DNA from: Octopus vulgaris
Lineage: Eukaryota
Direction: 5' to 3'
Length of the DNA stretch: 64,000 bases
NCBI GenBank assembly: GCA_951406725.2
Contig: OX597814.1
Coordinates: forward strand, 143,282,001-143,346,000
The number at the start of each line of letters is the position of its first letter. Position 1 is the stretch's first letter. Below, in pieces: positions 26,245-39,003 of the stretch. The position numbers were made by a program, and so were the translations under genes. Under the pieces are notes generated by a model that ran no database searches, was not told the DNA's origin, and worked only from the letters and a program-made list of their open reading frames with translations.

Positions 26245-26350
26245 ATCCAAACAAGAAAACACAGAAAAAAACACAGAAAAAAAACACAGCAACGCGAGGA
26301 CGTGGAACAATTAAAGTATTATTTGACGCTCAGGAAAGAAGGGAAGGAGG

Positions 26351-26387
26351 GTTTAATGTTTCGAGCGGAGCTCTTCGTCGGAAACAA
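26351..26387 (-). ncRNA. Penelope-type minimal hammerhead ribozyme relic
   Basis: Minus strand gttt-CCGACGA-a-gagc-tcc-gctc-GAAA-cat-TA-aac. Confidence 0.5.
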
Positions 26388-26459
26388 GGAGAAGGAAAGA
26401 TCCCGAGAAGGGAAGACATAGGAAAAAAATATTTTTGCTGGTGGTGCTCAAGAGATCAC

Positions 26460-26543
<84 letters not shown>

Positions 26544-27393
26544 TCAACAAGCTCACTTGTTCTGGCTCTGTTATTTTATATATCGCTACGGTGATGAATC
26601 GAAACTATCTGTAACGGTGAAGTTTCTATTACTGGCAAGATCAAGGAAGGTCGAAATCACGTGATCTGGTGGTCTCAGCTCTGGAAGTGGCGGGGATTTT
26701 TTTCCCTGCTAGCGATATAAGGAACAGTGCATTGTGCATGAAAAGCCGATATATGAGTTTCTGTCATGTTAACAACCACAGTGTAGTTTGTTCTAACAAA
26801 ACATCACCGTTTAAGTGAAGATAAATATTACCTCTCAGCTTCTGTTGCTAATATATATTTTGCAATAGATCTGGTCCTGACCCGCTTGGTTCCATAAACC
26901 TCATTCTTCTGTAACATTAGAAAATGTGTGGTAATGAAAGTCGAAATATTCTAGAATTATGTAATAGTTTTTGCTTGTAAGTCGTCAAAAAATGCATATG
27001 ACATTGTAACTTGAGTCGGGGCCAAAGATTAGGAAAATGTTTATCATTCCATTTTCCATCTGAAAGACGTAGTATGTGAAGGTGAAATGTTGCTGCAGTA
27101 CCTTCATATCAGTAACAAAGCCATACTATGCAGCTGAATGTTGATATAGAGTCCTACAGTAACTTGGCTTACAGTAAAGTGACTTACTAGGAATATTGGC
27201 CAATAATACACTTAACAATGAACATAACTTAATTGGTTTCGTCTACTCCAAGAAGCACAGTTCTTGGATACACTCTGGTAAACTGTCTAAGACGAGCGAT
27301 GGAATACTGAGGAGAAGCAAAACTTTGAGCAATCAAAGGTGTCAGCGGAGTATTTCCCCAAGGAAAATTTCATTAGTAATGACCTATAGTACA

Positions 27394-27561
27394 GTCACTA
27401 GCGTAGCTAGAGCGTGTGCCGCCCGGGGTGACCCTTTCGTTTTCTACACCCGGGACCCCACAAAAAACAAATATTGCCTAGAACAGACCCAAACGTGGTA
27501 TCCCTTTAAAAGTGCCGCCCGGGGCCGACCGCCTCCCCTCATCCCCAGCTACGCTAGTGAC
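27394..27561. mobile_element. Short MITE with perfect 15-bp TIRs
   Basis: gtcactagcgtagct (27394-27408) and agctacgctagtgac (27547-27561), with the internal direct repeat gtgccgcccgggg twice. Confidence 0.8.
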
Positions 27562-27893
27562 AACAATGTTGTATAGCAGATACCTATTTCTGCAGACATG
27601 GCTTCATTACGGAGATATCTTGGGCACGTTCTCTTGGGATATTCTTCAGCAAACGATTAGCTTTTTCGTACCGTAGCAACATGAATTTATATAAGGTCCT
27701 CAATCCGAGGAACATGCGATATTAAGGCTTAAAAAATCCCGATAGCGTTTATCATTAAGTGAAATGTAAGAAGGCTTAAAGACAAATACAAGCTAGAACT
27801 ACGAGTAAACGAAACAAAGAACTTTGAAAATCACGTTTTTCATGTTTCTGAAACATTTGCATGTATGTATATATGTGTGTATATGTATATGTT

Positions 27894-27960
<67 letters not shown>

Positions 27961-28306
27961 ATATATATAGAGAGAGAGAAAGAGAGAGAGAGAGGGAGAG
28001 AGAGAGAGAGAGAGACCAATAAGAAAATGGAGGGGATCAATAGGTGGTTCATCAACTTTTGACATTATATTATGTTCTCTTATTTATTTACTAAAATGAC
28101 AATTACAAGAATATACATACATGTATGACATATATAACATATTATGCTTTACATATAAAAATCTATTAATGTATTAAGATACCAGTAATTATTAAACTAT
28201 AACATATAAGAATATAAATTGGGAAAATAACTTACAGCTGTTTCAGCCAAGAGGCAAATATATATATATATATATCCATGTGTATGTGTTTATGTATATA
28301 TACATA

Positions 28307-28702
28307 CTAGCAGTATCGCCCGGCGTTGCTCGGGTTTGTAAGGGAAATAACTATATAAGCATTTTTAGAGATGTAAAGTATAATAGCCATCTCAATATGG
28401 CTAACCACAAAGGGGGTGTGTTACTGTAGCTTTTTACGTTCTGAGATTTAATAATAAATTTTTAGAGAGTTACTTCCCTTATAAATGCCAAAATGGATTA
28501 AAAATGGGAAAAATTTATGATAAATTTTTTTTAAAAATCGTAGACTCCTCGTAGACGCGCGCTAATACCCAGAAGGGCTCGATATGAATCACGACTATAA
28601 GATACCCGGTTTTGGTTAAACTGCACCGCAAAATGTGGGAGTAGTTAGGAATCTAAATCGTAGGAGACAGACAGCACACAACTTTACTTTTATATATAAA
28701 GA
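28307..28702 (-). mobile_element. Non-autonomous Helitron, complete
   Basis: Minus strand starts TC(tttatatataaaag) and ends with the hairpin cccgagcaacgccggg followed by CTAG. It sits between A and T with no TSD. Confidence 0.85.
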
Positions 28703-29043
28703 TATGTAATGAATATAATGAACGGGGAAAAGTCTCATAGACTCGTAGCATGTGCTATAAAATGCAGTTCAAATATAATTAGATAAATGGGATTAAGTAA
28801 GGATTATTCACGAATCAGGTTTAAGCGATCATAAGCCTGTTTTACTGCAACCGGTTATATAATACAATGTACTCTCACAAGTTCACTACTAGCTTTTACA
28901 GGAAAAATCCACCGGTACGACCATGACAAAGCTTATTAACAAATGCACGCATCCAATTATGCTCCATATTTGAAAAATCGCTTGTACACATATACATAAC
29001 TGCACACACACATGCACACAAACTCACTCAAACACACAACACA

Positions 29044-29119
<76 letters not shown>

Positions 29120-29316
29120 CATACAGTGTTTGGTTTCCGCTTAACATAGACTGGACGTATATGAGTTTGTATAGTTTCATAATGCGGAAATGATTTTACA
29201 TTTTGGTAAATATTTGTATAAAGACGCACGTATAAATCTATCAATCTATCTGTCTGTCTGTCTGTCTGTCTGTGTGTCTGTCTGTCTGTCTGTGTGTCTG
29301 TCTGTCTGTATGTTTG

Positions 29317-29368
<52 letters not shown>

Positions 29369-29374
29369 ACTAAC

Positions 29375-29469
<95 letters not shown>

Positions 29470-29689
29470 ATGTCTGTCTATCTATCTATCTTTGTCCGTC
29501 TCTTCTTCTCTTTTACCGAATACTCTTTTACCTACTCATATATGTATGCAAGTATGTATGTATATGTGGATGTATATACGTGTGTATGTGTGTGTGTGCA
29601 TTCTTTTATTCTTTTAATCGTTGCAGCCATGTAGCTGTGGTCATAGACATACACACGCACAGACACACGAACACATGTGGTATAAAGTA

Positions 29690-29766
<77 letters not shown>

Positions 29767-29814
29767 GTGTGTGTGTGTGTATTGTGTGTGTGCGTGTGTG
29801 TGTATATATATATT

Positions 29815-29883
<69 letters not shown>

Positions 29884-30786
29884 TTATATTTATACATATA
29901 TATATAAATATATACATATCATGCTTACATAATACATATATATATTTGTGTGTGTGCGTGCGTGTGTGTGATGTGTGCGCGCGTGTGTGTGTGTGTGTAT
30001 ATGTGTGTATGTCTAGTATATCAATCATGCTGATAGGTATGTATACATATTTCAAAGTACGCAGACATATCAAGATGATACATATGTAGAAAACATTCAT
30101 TTGTATTTGTAGAAATATTTATAGCCTATCATACTGGTTCTGACAACAGCCAAAATAGTTTATAAATTAAACCAGAGAGATAGATAGACATACAGACAGA
30201 TAGACAGACAGACAGACAGACAGACAAAAAGATAGATAGACAGATAGATAGAGAGATAGAGAGAAGGAGAGGTGGTGGGGAGGCAGAGGGAAATTAAATA
30301 TATGGAAAGCAGATTATCACTACATCTAGGTATGTGCATGTATATGCTGTAACACGCCAGCTGTTGTCGGATCAGGTGCGTTGGTTTGCCACATGGTATC
30401 TGAGAGAGGATCTCTTTCAAACAAAGCAGCCTAAAACCTCTGAATAAAATGCAGTGAACTGAAGCTGATTTGTGCCAACGTTGAAATTGTATAATTCATG
30501 TTGTCTAAACTTCTCAAATGACTTCTGAACATGCTTTTTTTTGTTTTTTTTAGGTTTTTTTTCTTCTTCTGTTTTTAATGTTTGTGTATATGTGTGTGAG
30601 GGGATGGATCCTGAGGTTTTGTACATGGTGATGTGAAGTCGCCATAGTATTTTAATGATATACAAAAGTTTCCTTTCGTTATTTTACAATTTTGTCGTCT
30701 CTCTATAACGTTTTAGTACCATCTCAAATATAATGCCGTAAAAAAGTATAGATACATATGTATATCTGTTTCTATGTGTTTATATG

Positions 30787-30826
<40 letters not shown>

Positions 30827-31158
30827 GTGTGTGTGTGTGTGTCTTTTTCTTTTATTTGTTTTGTTTCAGTCATTAGACTGTGCCCATGCTGGGAATCGAT
30901 TCCAGTACTTATTTTTTAATCCTGGTACTTATTCTATCAGTCTATTTTGTCGAACCGCTAAGTTACAGGGGCGTAAATACACCAACATCTGTTGTCAAGT
31001 AGTGACCGGGGTACAAACACAAGCACACACACACACACGCATGTATACGACAGGCTTCTTTGAGATTCCATCTAACAATACATAGATATATTTACGTGCT
31101 TACATACTTATCAATCAATCAATCTATCTGTCTGGTATGTATGTAGGCATGTGCGTGC

Positions 31159-31253
<95 letters not shown>

Positions 31254-31755
31254 TATGTACAAATAACTCGAGTAAAATTTGATGCAAAACGGAAAGAAGG
31301 AATCAAAAATATATAGTATCAGGTCAGACATACGAAAGAACATGTCTAAAAAGGGTGGAAATATATAGCAGTAAAACAACAAAGAAGTGTACAAAGAAGC
31401 ACGATATGCATATAATATCTTATAGAAACAAATGTCCTTATGAAAATATGGGAAAATACCAAGTTTTCTAAAAATATGACACTACAACGGGAACTAATTT
31501 CAACAGACTTGGTTTGTCCGAGCGGCTGGCAGTATGTACGGCCGGGCAACAGACCAGCTTTCTTGGAATACCCAAGTTATTGCAGTTAGCGAGGTGATTT
31601 GAATCCTATGTGTTTAATGAATGTCGTACGTTGAAAGGTGAAGGTTGTGGTGTGAAAAATCAAGATGGGAAGACGAGGTATAAATTAAGGTCAGATGAGA
31701 TCAAGTGACCACGGTTGTTAGGAAGTACATATTGATTGCGAATACACACACACAC

Positions 31756-31793
<38 letters not shown>

Positions 31794-32906
31794 AAGAAAA
31801 AATAAGAAGGTATATAGTAAAGAAATTTCGGTATGTAAATGGTGAAACAGCCTTCGGTAATTCTAATGCCATATGTTTTGTGTTTTGTATATATATATAT
31901 ATATATACGACGGATCTCTTTCAGTCTTTCAGTTTTCATCTACCTAAATCCACTCACAAGGTTTTGGTTGACCCAAAGCTATAGTAGAAGACACTTGGCC
32001 AATGTGGAACTGAATCCAGTACCATGTGGTAGAAATGCAAGCTTCCTACCACACAACCACGCCTGTGCATTTATATAAACACACACATGAATACATGCGT
32101 GGCACCTTGGGAAAGTGTCTTCTGCTATAACCTTAGGTCGAACAAAGCCTTGTGAGTTCAAAGTTCAAAGACTTATGAAAATGTATATTTCTTTACAGTT
32201 GTATAGTCAAGTCCCATATCCGTGTAATTTCATGTTTTGCATGAACAAACATGGAATTACATAGAATCTCTACCACATGGTACTGGATTCAGTTCCACAT
32301 TGGCCAAGTGACTTTTTTTTATTTTTCAATGATAACCGTACCCGCTCCTCTTTTCTTATTTTTCCATCCTACTTCCCAAAATTGACATCTTTGAAAGCCC
32401 TTGTGAGAAAAAGGGTTTATTTGCAAATATGTTGATAAGTATACAATGGAAAAGAAAAAGAAAGAAGAAATAAAATGCTTTGTAATGAAATTTCAATGAA
32501 TTGACCACATCATGTTGAAAAGAATCCCTTCTCTCTGTCTCTCTCTCTCTTCTCTCCTTTCCCCATCCTTTATAATTTTTATTCATCTTCTTAATTGTCC
32601 TGAAACCTCTTTCCCTCCTTTCCTTTTCTTTCTTTATCTTCCCCTTTTTCTAAAAAAGAAAAAAAACAAAAACAAAAATAATATGCTCCTCTTCTAAACA
32701 AAACAAAAAGCATCCGACTTCTATAAATGAACAACGAAGCATCCTGTTTTTACCATTTTGATTTTGATTTTGTCATGACGAGTTCAAAAAACGAACGAAT
32801 GCGCTAATAAAAAATTATTCAAAATTCTGACTGCCTCTTTTTGCTCAATATACAATATCTGCACACCACTTCAAACACGCCATACATACATACATACATA
32901 CATACA

Positions 32907-32938
<32 letters not shown>

Positions 32939-33859
32939 AATATATATGTTCGGGTGCCCTCATTGGTTCGGGTAGTGGATAGTTTTAGGTACAAGTCATC
33001 CGCCAGCTGGTGAATGGCTGTGTATCGAGAGAGTAAATGATAAGAGGTTTCCCCAGCTGCAGGAGTGAAATGGCTGATTTCAATGATTAATAATACAGCA
33101 GGTCATGTAATAATATCTTACAGCAATTAAACAAACTCTAAGTTAAACCTGATATTATATGGTATCAAGTTTGCTGTATCTCGTTTAACGTAAGTCTATA
33201 AACCAGTGAGAGGTCTTCTAGATGATCGATCAGACGTAATCGACCATAGTCGATATAGATGTTAGAAATATTGGGATAGTTATTTAGAATATATTTGAAC
33301 TCTATCTATTCAGCTGGAGTTGATCTAAGAGAACAAGAATTATGAACTTGGTGCTGACTTCAAGTGTGCATAGATATGCTCGTCTGGATCAGACTAGACC
33401 TGATCTAGGGTACACACAGTGAATTGGCACTCTTATTAACACATCAGATAGAGAGCGTTGCAAACCATGTTCAAATCCCACAGAATTAGGATTTGCTTTT
33501 TCTCTTTCCAGGTCATTTCAGGATTCTGACCTGGTGAGACGCTTCAGATTTCTTATCTCAGTGAAACAAGCTCGCTCTTCCCATGAATATCAGCTTATTT
33601 TTAGCTTAAAGCTTTTGTCACAATCTTTATCCTCGCAGTCATTCGCTCGAACTGTATGAAAAAGCAGCAAATTTATCTTCATATCACACTTTGACACCTT
33701 AAGAAATGCTTGGAGGGTGTGGTGTGAGAATTACATAGTAATTCCGTAAAGAGATAGCATGATAACGAAAGGAGTTGCTTTTTATTTTGCAATGACTTAA
33801 ACAAAAAGAGAAAAGCACAACTCGTTGGGAGTCCTAAATCGCTGGGATGAAAGGGTGAA

Positions 33860-34397
33860 GTTATCTGAATATTGGAAAAGAGTTACCCGTATCATGATGA
33901 TTCATGTTGGGTATCAAAATGCCGACATCATGATTGCTGCCGAATGCTTTGTGAACACTGTAAAGGCTGTAAGATACGACATGGTTAGTTGCGACAAAAT
34001 CTACGAAGCCGTGCAAATATGAAAGGGAAGAGGATGCATTCTGACTACGTCCGTACGCCGGAATTCACCCCCATATCTTTGAACAAGACCTTAGCCTCAA
34101 TTCAGACAGTTATGTGAAGTTTCTTGAGACGGTGTGGTCAAATCCTGCTTAGAGAAAGTTGCTAATGGAAGACCATCTGTGAAGCGGCCGGATTCGGTAC
34201 CCTGCCGTACCTCCGAAAAGTGTCAGAAGTAATTGTCGGAGAATTTCTACCACTTCATCACTCCCATTTTCTGGCCTCCTAATTTCCCCAGTTATATAAT
34301 ACCATAAATTACTATGTGTGGGGTATGGTTGAGAAAGAGACTAACCGGAGCAGTCTTGAGGCCGTGGTGGAAGATGAGGGCAGCTACTTTGAGTAAA
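33860..34397 (+). pseudogene. Decayed Tc1/mariner transposase fragment, DD37D (maT)-like
   Basis: Broken frames give DSVPCRTS (34191), FWPPN..YYVWG (34268-34324) and terminal EAVVEDEGSYFE* (34358-34397), motifs typical of maT transposases. Heavily deleted. Confidence 0.65.
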
Positions 34398-34419
34398 CTG
34401 TTATCTCTCAGCCATAATC

Positions 34420-34836
34420 TACTCTTACTCTTTTACTCTTTTACTTGTTTCAGTCATTTGACTGCGGCCATGCTGGAGCACTGTCTTTAGTCGAGCAAAT
34501 CGACCCCAGGACCTATTCTTTTAAGCCTTGTACTTATTCTATCGGTTTCTTTTGCCGAACCGCTAAGTTACGGGGACGTAAACACACCAGCATCTGTTGT
34601 CAAGCGATGTTGGTAAGAGGACAAACACGGACACACAAACATACACATACACACATACACATAAATATATAGATATATACGACAGGCTTCTTTCAGTTTC
34701 CGTCTACCAAATGCACTTACAAGGCTTTGGTCGAGGCTATAGTAAAAGACACTTGCCCAAGGTGCCACGCAGTGGGACTGAACCCGGAACCATGTGGCTG
34801 ATAAGCAAGCTACTTACCACACAACCACTCCTGCGC
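34420..34836 (-). mobile_element. SINE B, full length
   Basis: Consensus match. Confidence 0.9.
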
Positions 34837-34948
34837 GTATATCTAGTTGATTATTTTATTATTTAAAATATTTTCATTTTTGGATGAGATATTGTTTTCT
34901 TTCCCTTTTATGTAAACTGTCAAATTTAGCCCAAACATTCTGTATATA

Positions 34949-35001
<53 letters not shown>

Positions 35002-35540
35002 CTGTATGTGTACGTGCGCGCGCGTGTGTGACTAGGTCAATAACAGATTAACATAGTCGAAAATAAAACCAATGGAAAAGCCTATTTCTTTAAAAAGAAT
35101 TTTATCTTTAATGAAAACTAATTCGCTGAAGAATTTTATCACACAATTAAAAATAAAAACAAGTTACAAATACAGTTTGGAATCTGAGTTTCCGATATTG
35201 TAAATGGTAAGAATAGCTTGAGTACATTTGACTCTTTTGTATTGGGTTATTTGTAAACTGTCATTTCAAATTATCATGGAAACAATTGCTTTTGGAACCA
35301 GTAACTTCATTAATATCAAGTGAAATGTTCATTTTATGTTGCGTTTCACCAATTATATTCTACTCAATATCTGAAAAAAAAATGCTATACTTATTCTTAA
35401 TCTACCTCATTTGCATATTTAATTAGCCAATCGATTTTGCATAAACCTAATGTTAAAAGGTTACTTACTTTGAAAATATATGCAATTGACCGAATTATAT
35501 ACAACTATTTTGTAAGCAATAAAGCGAAATGGAGTATATA

Positions 35541-35745
35541 TATTTCTTTATTGCCCACAACAGGCTAAACATAGAGGGGACAAACAAGGACAGACAAAGG
35601 GATTAAGTCGATTACATCGACCCCAGTGCGAAACTGGTATTTAATTTATCGACCCCGAAAGGATGAAAGGCAAAGTCGACCTCGGCGGAATTTGAACTCA
35701 GAACGTAACGGCAGACGAAATACGTCTACGCATTTCGCCCGGGCG
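35541..35745 (-). mobile_element. SINE A, 5'-truncated
   Basis: Family consensus match. Confidence 0.85.
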
Positions 35746-36122
35746 ATCGACTGGAATATTGGTAGAACATCTGATAGAGTGCGTTGCAGTTTTTCTAGTT
35801 ACGATCCGATTTTGTAACTTGTCGAAATCATCTTTGACACAGTAAAGAACCCGACCGTCATCATGTTATCAATTTTGCACTTTCACTCCAAACAAATTGT
35901 GCCCTTCTGCCAATGCAATACGTAAATATTCCCCTTACACACACACACACACACATATTTATATACATATCCGACGATGGCGTAGCTGGCTGACACTTCG
36001 AAGTCACTGTCAACAACATTCTTGTTGAAGAATAATAAATTTGTACTCTACAAAAGTAACGAGTAACTCATCAGAATAATATAAAATTGTTTCTATTACA
36101 ACTGAACAAAAAAAAATACACA

Positions 36123-36179
<57 letters not shown>

Positions 36180-36610
36180 ACTCCACTTACGCACGCACAC
36201 ACGACAGTTTCCATGGAATTTCCGCCTACGAGATTCCCTCACAAAGCAGTAGTGCCGCACTGTGCCGCAGAGTGCCGCACTATGAGTCTGAACCGGTGGT
36301 CACTTGATTCTAAAGCGAACTTCTTAAACACAAAGCCATTGGAGTGCCTTGTACTTCAGATTGAAATTTATCTTTGGTTCATATTGGAACAGTAAATGAC
36401 CTTCCAAAATTTTGCTACAAGCGAAGTGGCTGTTCAACCTAACAGAAATAGTAACCGAATCTTCATTGCACTCTAAAGCGATTTCTGACCAACGAGTTTT
36501 TTCTCTTAAAAGTAAGGTGTGGTTGGAGATAAATTTAGTTGTTATTATTAACAGATTGATGACCACGTACATGCTCTAGGTTCGTGCAAGGCAAATAAAG
36601 CAATAGGCAT

Positions 36611-36791
36611 AGGCGTGGGTGTATGGGAGGATGCTTGCTTCCCTACCACATGGTTCCCGGGTCAGTCCCACAGCGCTGTACTTTGGGCAAGCGTCCTCTA
36701 CAATAGCCACGGGCAGACCAAAGCCTTCTGAGTAGATTTAGTAGACGAAACCTAAAAGAAGTCCGTCATATATATATATATATATATATAA

Positions 36792-36824
<33 letters not shown>

Positions 36825-36975
36825 TGTATGTATGTATATGAGTGTATGTCTTCGCATCTGTATTTGTCTTCCATAAACATTGGACGGAGACTGAAAGAAG
36901 CTCGTCGTATATATATATATATATATATATATCGTGATGCACCAACATCGGTTGTCAAGCGAAGGCAGGGAGGGA

Positions 36976-37055
<80 letters not shown>

Positions 37056-37153
37056 TATACATATATACATACATATATATTTAATTATTTTCAATAAATA
37101 TTTTATTAATTACCTCTCTATTTTCTCATTATATATATATAAAGAAGCTCGTC

Positions 37154-37191
<38 letters not shown>

Positions 37192-37289
37192 GACGAGCTT
37201 CTTTATATATATATAATGAGAAAATAGAGAGGTAATTAATAAAATATTTATTGAAAATAATTAAATATATATGTATGTATATATGTATA

Positions 37290-37325
<36 letters not shown>

Positions 37326-37530
37326 TCCCTCCCTGCCTTCGCTTGACAACCGATGTTGGTGAGTTTATGTACCCGTAACTCCACCTCGGCAAAAGAGACT
37401 GATAGAATAAGTATATGGCTTACAAAGAACAAGTCCTGGGGTTGATTTCTTCGATTAAAACACTTTATGACGGTGCTCCAGCATGGACGCAGTCAAAATG
37501 ACTGAAACGTGTCAAAGAATTAAAGAATAT
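36611..37530 (+). mobile_element. SINE B containing an internal inverted duplication
   Basis: Head at 36611, tail about 37500-37530, palindrome at 36940-37361. Confidence 0.82.
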
Positions 37531-38260
37531 AACATAGGCGATACATTGGACTGAAGCGTTTTTGATTTATTTTCTGTAATAGTGAATTAACACCGTAACA
37601 AATCACAACCTCTTAACCCAATCCTGCGTCCTCTACATTGCTGTACTTCTTCAAATCACAACTTATCTTCTTAAATAGAGAACATAGGGGATTATTTGGT
37701 TTTGGATACATTGCGTATGAAAAAAAGGACAAGATGCCCTCGGCTGAAATTCACTTGATCGTAACTACTACTCTTGCGTAACCATGGTTACTAATGAGCA
37801 GAGGCTATCAATTACCTACGGTTTCATCATTAGTTAGCTATGATTGATTGTCCGATAATTACTTTGTATATTCCGTATCAACTGTTAATTATTATCTACT
37901 GCTAGTCATTATTAATGGTTATTCATTAGCAAGACATACTTAGTAGGTATAGCTACACAGGAATTTTAGTCACTTAGTCATTTAGTAGCTAACTACTGAA
38001 TATTAGTGACTACGGATATTCAGACACTACGCCTACTTACTTACAAATACTAATACACACCTTAAACTACGGCCTTAAAATATTATAGCCCCAGGCAGGT
38101 CAATACCCTGTGAATGAGTGTGGTTGAAGAAAACTGCATGGAAGCCCGTCATTCCATGCAGCGGGGTGACTTTATTCGAAGGCTAACATTAAGCAAAGCG
38201 CATCGTGACCAGCGATGTGTTACAACATTTAATAGCCTGATGAGTTACAGCGTGATCACA

Positions 38261-38322
<62 letters not shown>

Positions 38323-38582
38323 GAGTGTATTTACCTTGTTAACAATTAACACGGATAAATGAATGAATAGTTACCAGGGCAGCAAAAATCTCACAAGTAA
38401 AGATGTTGTAACTCCTTGTTTATAAAGGTTGAAACTTCGTGTTTACGTTGAATATTTGAATAATAGGAATAAAAATGGAGTCAACGCAGGTTTAAACAAG
38501 TATTTTTCTTTCTACATATGTTTGAAACATATGTAGAAAGAAAAAATACTTGTTTAAACCTGCGTTGACTCCATTTTTTATT

Positions 38583-38620
<38 letters not shown>

Positions 38621-38854
38621 TACATACAATTATATGTTTGTATATATGTTTATGTGTGTATGTGTATACACTTATATAGGTACATATGTATATACATACG
38701 GAGGGGCAGGTGCTGAAAAGTTCCTGGCTTTAAGTGTTTCGCCAATGACTTGGCTGGAGGTCCAAACTTCCGAGATTATATACAGGGCTCAGAAAAACTG
38801 AAGGATTGTAGTCTGTAGTGTGCGAACCTGAGCGGGGATTATCTTGAATAAAAT

Positions 38855-39003
38855 TATCGACCCCAGTGCGTAACTGGTACTTAATTTATCGGCCCCGAAA
38901 GGATGAAAGGCAAAGTCGACCTCGGCGGAATTTGAACTCAGAACGTAACGGCAGACGAAACACGGCTACGCATTTCGCCCGGTGTGCTAACGTTTCTGCC
39001 AGC
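38855..39003 (-). mobile_element. SINE A inserted in a mariner-like MITE remnant that starts near 38697
   Basis: SINE consensus match. The upstream tacggaggggcaggtgctgaaaagttcctggctt resembles a mariner TIR. Confidence 0.75.

Noticed and set aside
24850-27340. Possible decayed LINE ORF1/endonuclease remnants on the minus strand (also 960-1500)
   Set aside because: Composition is suggestive but no unambiguous conserved motif could be read.
33531-33570. ctggtgag..gaaac as a hammerhead
   Set aside because: The core deviates at invariant A6 and no consistent helices I-III form.
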